From: a virus
Lineage: Duplodnaviria; Caudoviricetes
DNA: 27,057 bases
Reading direction: 5' to 3' (one strand)
Virus record (IMG/VR): IMGVR_UViG_3300033076_001141
Span: 1-27,057 of that record
Below are positions 17,421 through 24,360 of the stretch, piece after piece. Each line of letters opens with the position of its first letter. Position 1 is the first letter of the stretch. A program made the translations under genes and the position numbers. A model generated the notes under the pieces. The model was not told the DNA's origin. It searched no databases and saw only the letters and a program-made list of their open reading frames with translations.

Positions 17421-17746
17421 GTCTTTGGGCTGATTACGTCAAAGAATGCGCAATCCTTCAAATCATCGAGGAGGATTGGGGATTCATCACCTTTCACACC
17501 GAACCGAATGGAATTCTCTGGATTAACGACATGTACGTCGCTCCAGAGCAAAGAGGTGTCGGAAAGGGTTACTCCCTTCTCAGGAGGGTTGAAGATTGGG
17601 GACGCTCCCAGGGACTGACTCAGCTTGGAACCTCAGTCCATGTTCAAAGCAGCCAGGCTAAGAAAACCCTCACCCTAGCCTTCAATAAGGGATTCGAACT
17701 CGTATCAGCGGATAAGAATCTAATCATCCTGGGTAAGAACCTATGA
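17417..17746 (+). CDS. GNAT-family acetyltransferase-like protein
   Basis: Acetyl-CoA-binding motif A MYVAPEQRGVGKG. Start is probably GTG 17417 (GTGA overlap with the fibre stop); ATG 17408 is the alternative. Confidence 0.85.
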   Translation: MSLWADYVKECAILQIIEEDWGFITFHTEPNGILWINDMYVAPEQRGVGKGYSLLRRVEDWGRSQGLTQLGTSVHVQSSQAKKTLTLAFNKGFELVSADKNLIILGKNL

Positions 17747-18300
17747 CCGAAGGGACGGCTCTCGAAAAGGTATTCAAAGGAGAGCTAGTCCTCTCAACAC
17801 CTGAACTAAGGGAACTCATCGATCAATTCGAGGAGTGCTGCAAAGAGGGCGAATTAATTGAAATCCCAACGGAGCATTACTTCTCAAAAGACGTCTACGC
17901 ACGCGAAATGAGTGCTCCTAAGGGGGCAATTATCGTCGGTAAGATCCATAAGTTTCAAAACCTAAATATCTTAAGTGCAGGTGAGGTCAGCATTCTCTCA
18001 ATCGATGGTGTAACACGCGCCAAAGCACCCTACACTTTCGTCGCAAGTCCAGGATCTAAGCGCGTATTTTACATCCACGAGAATGCGACTTGGACTACAA
18101 TTCACGGTACGGCAGAGAAAAATATTGATAAAATCGAAGAGATATTCATTGCAAAGTCCTATGCTGAATTGGACGAAACGCAAGTAAGGAGTGAGTATGG
18201 CTTGGGTAGCAGTTGCAGCCGCTGGAGCATCTTTAGCTGGTGGGGCGCTCTCTGCGCAAGGTGGAAAAAGTGCCTCAAAGGCAGCTGGTCGCGCAGCTAA
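17743..18300 (+). CDS. Cupin-fold protein
   Basis: EHYFSKDVYAREM...GKIHK...ILSAGEV...PYTFVASPGSKR...WTTIH pattern; ATGA overlap with the GNAT gene. The 3' end overlaps the next gene by 104 nt and is uncertain. Confidence 0.75.
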   Translation: MTEGTALEKVFKGELVLSTPELRELIDQFEECCKEGELIEIPTEHYFSKDVYAREMSAPKGAIIVGKIHKFQNLNILSAGEVSILSIDGVTRAKAPYTFVASPGSKRVFYIHENATWTTIHGTAEKNIDKIEEIFIAKSYAELDETQVRSEYGLGSSCSRWSIFSWWGALCARWKKCLKGSWSRS

Positions 18301-18994
18301 TGAAGCTCGTTATGAAGCACGTCGCGCTTACCGTGAAACGGCAAGTATCGTCAATCCGGCGACCGCTGAAGGTCTAGCCGCACTTGATCGTGACATCAAG
18401 CTGCAGGAGAAGAACCTCGGACGTCAGGAACAATTCATCGCCCAGATTGATCCGACAATCCTCGAAGCCAGTCAGCAGGCGTTGAAACTACTAAAGGGGG
18501 AGCAGGCATCAGTCACTCAGCCCCTTCAGGATCAGCGGGCAAGACAACGTCAGCAGCTTGTCAATCGACTCAGAGAACAGCTGGGACCTGGTGCAGAGAC
18601 CTCAAGTGCTGGAATGAAAGCACTCCTTAACTTCGATCAGCAGTCGTCCGATCTCTTCTCTGGCGCGCAACAACAATACCTCGGTCAACTCGGCGGCCTT
18701 GCAACTCAATTCAACTCCGTCAGACCGGAAATGTTCCGTGAGATCATGGGTCTTTCTAGTCTCGGTCAGGCAAAGACTGATCTTAACTTCAAACGAGCTG
18801 CAGCCCTTTCAAATGCCAGACTCGGACTTCAGCAAACTGCAGGAGCTAGTCAAACTGCTGCATTAATGAATGCGCAAAATCAGCAAGCATTTGGTAATCA
18901 GTTACTGGGTGCTGGAATTGAACTTGGGACTTCTGCGTTGCTGAGGAAGAATAAATTAAATAATCCGCCTGGAACAAGCCCAGTTGATGAGTAG
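18197..18994 (+). CDS. Internal virion / DNA ejection protein (gp7/gp14-like)
   Basis: AAGGAG RBS before ATG 18197. Hydrophobic Ala/Gly N-terminus MAWVAVAAAGASLAGGALSA and Gln/Ala-rich helices. Confidence 0.75.
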   Translation: MAWVAVAAAGASLAGGALSAQGGKSASKAAGRAANEARYEARRAYRETASIVNPATAEGLAALDRDIKLQEKNLGRQEQFIAQIDPTILEASQQALKLLKGEQASVTQPLQDQRARQRQQLVNRLREQLGPGAETSSAGMKALLNFDQQSSDLFSGAQQQYLGQLGGLATQFNSVRPEMFREIMGLSSLGQAKTDLNFKRAAALSNARLGLQQTAGASQTAALMNAQNQQAFGNQLLGAGIELGTSALLRKNKLNNPPGTSPVDE

Positions 18995-19004
18995 AGGATA
19001 AGCA

Positions 19005-19289
19005 ATGAAAAAAGTCAGTCTCGGTGAACTCATGGGAAAACGTGGAGCTTCTGCGGCGGGCAGGAAACTGTCCCTCGATGACCTCTCCGATCTCTTAGGA
19101 GAGAGAATGCCGAAGCTGGAATTCTCACCTGTCGGCAGGCTGAGACTGACCTCAGCGCTCAGAGTGAGATTCGGAGATAACTACAGACATCTCCCTGGAA
19201 TTGAAGACATCCTTAAAGAATTCGACGAGGAAGCTCGCTTCAATGTGAAGCTTCAGGAAATGAAAATGATTAAAGGGAAGAAGGAGTAA
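19005..19289 (+). CDS. Hypothetical protein (94 aa)
   Basis: GAGGA RBS; fills the gap between ejection genes. Confidence 0.7.
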   Translation: MKKVSLGELMGKRGASAAGRKLSLDDLSDLLGERMPKLEFSPVGRLRLTSALRVRFGDNYRHLPGIEDILKEFDEEARFNVKLQEMKMIKGKKE

Positions 19290-19293
19290 TCTC

Positions 19294-20439
19294 ATGGCAA
19301 GTATTGCGGAAATGCTCATTCAAAGTGGACTGCAGACTTCAAAGGAAGCGCCGGATATTTCTGGCTCAATCATGAAGGGTGCGCAGCTTGCTCAGACAGT
19401 TGAAGAGATGCAAATGAAGCGTCAAAACTTGGAGCAGGCAAAGGTTGAGAGTCAGAATAAAAAATGGAGCCTAGTCGGCAATATGTACGATCAGTGGGAA
19501 AAAATGCCTGACGGTGAAGCGAAAAAGAACATCGGGACGAAAGTCATCCCTGCAATGTTAAATACATTCGGCTTGAGTCAGGACATGAATCCCGCTGTCG
19601 CTGAAATGATGAGTAAGGACCCGACAATTGGCGCGTTCTTCACTGCAAAGGTACGCTCCGGTGATATTGATTTCGGTGAATTGACGGATGCAATGAGACA
19701 GCCTGACACTTTTCTCGCTTACCTGACGGCTAAAGGCTACGGTCAATACGCTGATGAGAAGTTACTCGGCCTCACACGATCTACCCTTCAGAGTTCATTA
19801 CCTGAACTTAAGAAAGCATCGGAAGAAAAAGTTTCCTCGAATGAACAGGATAGACGAGCGAAAATGCAAGCTGACGCTTCTCTCGGTAAGCAAATCCAAG
19901 GACAGGAAGCGGCTCCATTTGTTCGCGCAGGTGAGGAAGCAGCTAAAGAGTTCTCGAACTATAAACTCATCGGCGGGTCAGCAGGGTACGATAAAACAGA
20001 AGCAGCATTGAAAGAAGCTATCGCTGCTCTTAGGTCGGGGAAAGTTCAAACAGGTAAAGGTGCTCAAGCCATACCTGTAATAGGTGGATCACGAACTGTC
20101 ATCAAAGCTACGAATAAACCTCTTCAAGCTTTGCGCAATAAAGTCTTATCTACTCAGAACATGAAAGCGCTACTCGGCGATCCCAACCCAGCTATGTGGC
20201 AAGTACAGGATGCACAGGAACGCATCATTGACGGTGAAGCGACTAATGAAGTTAACATTGCCAATCTGGAAGCTGAATTAAAACGCGTGCAAACTGAACG
20301 CGCAGATAAAGAGGCCAGACTGAGAGAAGCTGGTTTCTTAAAGAGTGGCGCGCAAAGCGGACCGAAAGACGGTGATACGAAAGAATGGCAGGGGAAGAAG
20401 TATAAGGTCATCAAAGGTCGCTGGGTTGAGGTGAAATAA
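19294..20439 (+). CDS. Internal virion / DNA ejection protein (gp20/gp15-like)
   Basis: AAGGAG RBS; helical, 381 aa; C-terminal GDTKEWQGKKYKVIKGRWVEV mini-module; synteny. Confidence 0.7.
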   Translation: MASIAEMLIQSGLQTSKEAPDISGSIMKGAQLAQTVEEMQMKRQNLEQAKVESQNKKWSLVGNMYDQWEKMPDGEAKKNIGTKVIPAMLNTFGLSQDMNPAVAEMMSKDPTIGAFFTAKVRSGDIDFGELTDAMRQPDTFLAYLTAKGYGQYADEKLLGLTRSTLQSSLPELKKASEEKVSSNEQDRRAKMQADASLGKQIQGQEAAPFVRAGEEAAKEFSNYKLIGGSAGYDKTEAALKEAIAALRSGKVQTGKGAQAIPVIGGSRTVIKATNKPLQALRNKVLSTQNMKALLGDPNPAMWQVQDAQERIIDGEATNEVNIANLEAELKRVQTERADKEARLREAGFLKSGAQSGPKDGDTKEWQGKKYKVIKGRWVEVK

Positions 20440-22817
20440 TGGCATCATTTAAAGTCGGTGAAGCTCCCTGGGAAGTCGAAGAGCGCTCAGCCTACAGTGC
20501 GAAACCTACTGATCTAAACGGACCAGTACCGAAAGAACAACCGATTGAGACTCCTCCACCTACGGAAGGGCTACCGGAATTTCCCGTAGGCCAAGCTCCC
20601 TGGGAGCAACCTCAAGACGCTGCACCGACTGAAGATCAATTCGCACCCGAACCTGGCTTCATTCAGGCGAACATTGAGCAATTCAACCCGAAGAATCTCA
20701 TCGACCGAGTAACTGCAGGTCTCGCCGCAAATGACACGGAGAAGGTGAACTTCCTGACGCAGAAGTACGGGAAGGGGAATGTTGCGCAGAAAGATGGGAA
20801 GATTTACTTTCGCAGATCACCGGAGGAGAAACTCCGTCCGCTCGATCCCGCGACACTGGAACTCGTCTCAGACATCCTTCCTGACTTCGCTCGTGAGATT
20901 GTCACAGAAGGTGCAATGCTCCCCGCTGAGGCTCTCGGTGCCGCAGGCGGTGCTCTAGCGACTGGTCCCGCTGCTCCAGCTGGTGCCGTTGCCGGTGGAA
21001 TGATGGGTCGTGTTGCTGCGGTCCCCTTCGCTAATAAAGTCGCAGACACTGCAGCGCAGATGGCTGGTGTTCCTGGAGATCCGACGCGGGATAAATACCA
21101 GGAGAATATGATCGGACAGGGTGTTGAGGCAGTCGCTCCCGTCGTCGGTCGTGGTTTAGTCAAAGGTGCTGCACGAATCCTCCCAGGGACTGCAGCTTAT
21201 AAAGCCGCGAGAGAAGCAGGTGACCGTGAGGTTGTTGCCCTCGCTAAACAGTCACGGAAGGTCCTCGAAGCTGCTGATGATTTGAAGAAAGAGGGATTTA
21301 ACGTCAATCTCACTCTCGACCAGGTTCAACCGGACTCCCCGCAAGTTAAAGCAATGGCGGAGAAGGTAAAAAACAATCCTGAGCTGATTAACAAAAAGAT
21401 TGAATTCGCAGAGGATTACGGAAACGCACTCCGCAATGTACTTGATGACATTTCAAAAAGAGCAAATCCCAAGGGTGCGCAACCGCAGGAAAAACTCGGA
21501 AGCTACATAGTCGATGCAGTTGATAACATCGACCGTGCTGAGGGGATGAGAATCGGTGAGTACAGACGGAAAGCCCTCAGTGCACTGCAGAATAGGAAAG
21601 TCCCACTGCCGAAGCAGGTTTCAAATGAAGTTATAGACATGATGAATGAGCTTGGGTTTGAGCGAAAGACTAAAATTTTGGAATCAGTTACTCGCCCAGG
21701 AACCCCTGAGTCACTCATGCAGATGGGTGTGATTCAAAGACCGAATAAGGTTAAACGACAAATCTACGTTCCTCCGACTGACATCGAGAGGATAATCGGC
21801 AGACTAGGTCTCACTGACGCCGGTCAAGCTCGCGCTGTGATTAACACTCTCAATGAATACGGTCAGCTTGTCGCACGGGGTGATCAGGCTAGACTCACTG
21901 ACGTTGAGAGATTGATTAAGAGAATGGGACCGCTGAATCAGAAACTCCAAGGGACTGCAATTGCAGGACGCTGGGGTGCGATGACTGGAGCACTTCGCGA
22001 ACATCGTCGTGAGATAATTAAGAGCGGACTGAATAGTGACGTAGATAAGAAGATCTTTGACTCAGCGATGGATGAATTCTCCCTTGTCAGGCAGAACCTT
22101 GATCAGCTGAAGGGAGTCTTACGAGATGACGTTACGTCTAAAACTTTGGTGAATTCTTACTTCAAGGGGAAAGAGAATCTCGCGAATATTCGAGCGCTAA
22201 AGGCAATCACAGGGAATGACTCTCCTCAGTGGGGAGCGCTCAAAGAGGAGTTCCTCAATCAACTCGCGCTGAAGCACTCAAGCGACGGGAAGACTGGATT
22301 TAATTCGAAAGCCTTCTTGAATGATCTTGAAAAGAACTACGGTGATGAGTTCATGCGTGAAGTCATTAACGACGGGAAGGCAGGACCGAATCTCGATACG
22401 ATTAAAAAGATCCTCACCGTGGGACAGAGGATGGAATCAGTCGGGAAGAACATCAGCGCAGATAATATGACTGAGCAGCAAAAAAGAGGACTCACTGACG
22501 TCTTCATCGGTCTCGTAGCTGGGATTAAATTCAAAGCCATCAACGGTGTTCAAAACATGCTCAATATGAGTGGGTCTGAGAAGAACACAGTAATGGAAAT
22601 CCTAAACCGAGATGGATTTGAGAAGTACCTTCAGGGTTATAAGGGTAAGGATAAGGGCCGAGTCGCGCAGCAGATCGAATCCATGGTCAATGCCTACAAT
22701 GCGGGAAGGGCTGCGAACTCAAGAATCACTCAGACTCTCGATGCAGGTGCTGACATCCTAGGACGCGGCACTCGAGCGACCATCAGGCAGGACATGCAGC
22801 GAACAGGTGAACAGTGA
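20439..22817 (+). CDS. Large internal virion / DNA ejection protein (gp16-like)
   Basis: TAATG coupling and GAGG RBS. 792 aa with duplicated APWE motif, Gly/Ala hydrophobic segment (ALGAAGGALATGPAAPAGAVAGGMMG) and long helical remainder. Confidence 0.72.
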   Translation: MASFKVGEAPWEVEERSAYSAKPTDLNGPVPKEQPIETPPPTEGLPEFPVGQAPWEQPQDAAPTEDQFAPEPGFIQANIEQFNPKNLIDRVTAGLAANDTEKVNFLTQKYGKGNVAQKDGKIYFRRSPEEKLRPLDPATLELVSDILPDFAREIVTEGAMLPAEALGAAGGALATGPAAPAGAVAGGMMGRVAAVPFANKVADTAAQMAGVPGDPTRDKYQENMIGQGVEAVAPVVGRGLVKGAARILPGTAAYKAAREAGDREVVALAKQSRKVLEAADDLKKEGFNVNLTLDQVQPDSPQVKAMAEKVKNNPELINKKIEFAEDYGNALRNVLDDISKRANPKGAQPQEKLGSYIVDAVDNIDRAEGMRIGEYRRKALSALQNRKVPLPKQVSNEVIDMMNELGFERKTKILESVTRPGTPESLMQMGVIQRPNKVKRQIYVPPTDIERIIGRLGLTDAGQARAVINTLNEYGQLVARGDQARLTDVERLIKRMGPLNQKLQGTAIAGRWGAMTGALREHRREIIKSGLNSDVDKKIFDSAMDEFSLVRQNLDQLKGVLRDDVTSKTLVNSYFKGKENLANIRALKAITGNDSPQWGALKEEFLNQLALKHSSDGKTGFNSKAFLNDLEKNYGDEFMREVINDGKAGPNLDTIKKILTVGQRMESVGKNISADNMTEQQKRGLTDVFIGLVAGIKFKAINGVQNMLNMSGSEKNTVMEILNRDGFEKYLQGYKGKDKGRVAQQIESMVNAYNAGRAANSRITQTLDAGADILGRGTRATIRQDMQRTGEQ

Positions 22818-23008
22818 TTAGGTTCCTCAATGACGCAGTAAGGGGGGAGTTCCATCTTCTCCCCCTCGATAGGCAGAAAGAGATCACGGACTCGGCTGAG
22901 CATTTCGGCAAGAAGGGAATGATCATCACTGTCCTTCATGTCTATAGAGTGACAGAGAAAATCTCAGAGATTGCAATCCGGATCGACCCTCAGTTTAATC
23001 ATCCCTGA
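22814..23008 (+). CDS. Hypothetical protein (64 aa), last gene of the + arm
   Basis: GTGA overlap with the upstream stop; fills otherwise non-coding space; overlaps the convergent gene by 45 nt. Confidence 0.5.
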   Translation: MIRFLNDAVRGEFHLLPLDRQKEITDSAEHFGKKGMIITVLHVYRVTEKISEIAIRIDPQFNHP

Positions 23009-24184
23009 GTTTACATCATACTCAACCCACTCCGTTTGAAGGAGTGAGTCAATGGTCTTATTAATCTGATCAACCGGACTTCCCGTCGAGAGCGCGAAGG
23101 ATCTGAGTGATTTAATATTCATTTGTCCGCCGCCTCTCTTAATCGCCTGTGTGAGGGCTTGAGTCATCCCTAGCTGACTGTTCTTATCAGCCATCGCACC
23201 TTGCGCTAGGATGAAAGCATTATCTGCCATGACTTTATCGACTAGCTTCACTGCACGCTCCCAGTGTTTCAGCTCAAGCTTCTTCTCATTCCCCTCACTG
23301 ACTGAGAGGAGCATCGCTGTCTTCATGACATGATTCGAGCGTCTTGCGGACATTGACTCAAGACGAGGTGAATTGAGTGCTGCGAGAAGACGGTCAGACT
23401 CTGGCTGAAATGCCTCCCAGGCTTCGATGAATTCAGGTGTCGGGATGAAGGATCCCTGAAGTAGGTGGATTTGAGTGAGATCCTCGTAGAGTTTCTGTTT
23501 AAGTTTATCACCGGCTCTATCCTCACTCGCGCCCCACTTCGGTGTCCTGATCAGCCTCTCCTTATTTACGACATAAATGACGCGTGAGGCAAAACCTCCC
23601 ATGACAGAGGATTCATTTACGAGATTCTTCAGGTAGTCGAAAGTCGCACCTGCAACCATATTGAAGCAGACGTTGTGGAATTCAATATTACCTCGAGAGA
23701 GGGTCTGCTTTCGAAACACTGGCGGACAGTCATAAAACCCAGTCACAGTCGCTACGAAATCCCCGTGCGTGTTCTGCAGCGCTGAGGATGAGGCTTCACT
23801 CGCGTAGAAGTAACCGGATGAGTGGAAGATTGATTTCGTATCGCTAATCTGAAGTGCCTGTTTATTCTTCATCGCATCAATGAAGGCAGGCTCCGTGATC
23901 TGCTCAGGAATGAGGAGGAGATTCTTATTCGTCTCCTGCTTAATCATCTCAAGGAGATCGACTCCTCTGTTTAGTGCGGTCGACTTACCCACTCCAGCGT
24001 AGGTGACGAGGAAGACGTAGATGTTCGGATAATAAGAGATCTTCCCATTTCTCACCCAGACCTTACGCTCGAGAGCGCCGGCAAGAATGGACATTCCCGT
24101 CCAAAAGTGGAAATCATCCGGACAGTAGGAGTCACAGGCGTACTCCATGTAAGCTGAGAGGAAGTCTGGGAAGTGCCTTTTCAC
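22964..24184 (-). CDS. DUF3987/YfjI-like AAA+ ATPase, putative replicative helicase
   Basis: YPNIYVFLVTYAGVGKST (Walker A), YFYASE (Walker B variant), GFASR arginine finger and C-terminal winged-helix-like segment; next to the polymerase. Confidence 0.72.
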   Translation of the reverse strand: MKRHFPDFLSAYMEYACDSYCPDDFHFWTGMSILAGALERKVWVRNGKISYYPNIYVFLVTYAGVGKSTALNRGVDLLEMIKQETNKNLLLIPEQITEPAFIDAMKNKQALQISDTKSIFHSSGYFYASEASSSALQNTHGDFVATVTGFYDCPPVFRKQTLSRGNIEFHNVCFNMVAGATFDYLKNLVNESSVMGGFASRVIYVVNKERLIRTPKWGASEDRAGDKLKQKLYEDLTQIHLLQGSFIPTPEFIEAWEAFQPESDRLLAALNSPRLESMSARRSNHVMKTAMLLSVSEGNEKKLELKHWERAVKLVDKVMADNAFILAQGAMADKNSQLGMTQALTQAIKRGGGQMNIKSLRSFALSTGSPVDQINKTIDSLLQTEWVEYDVNSGMIKLRVDPDCNL

Positions 24185-24189
24185 TGCCT

Positions 24190-24360
24190 TTATTCCTTCA
24201 CTTCACTCTTCTTAATCTCATCTAAATGTTTCTTAAGTTTCTGATGCGCGCGTCGCGTAATCTCCTGCTTATGCTCGCTTAAGAATTCGACCATCTCGCG
24301 GCTGACTGCTTTTCTTAAGTCCTCTTCAGTAATCTCAAGTTCCTGCTTCTTTTCGCTCAT
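24190..24360 (-). CDS. Hypothetical 56-aa charged helical protein (not in the ORF track)
   Basis: Read manually: MSEKKQELEITEEDLRKAVSREMVEFLSEHKQEITRRAHQKLKKHLDEIKKSEVKE*. AAGGAG lies upstream inside the polA 3' end; it fills the polA-ATPase gap. Confidence 0.75.
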   Translation of the reverse strand: MSEKKQELEITEEDLRKAVSREMVEFLSEHKQEITRRAHQKLKKHLDEIKKSEVKE

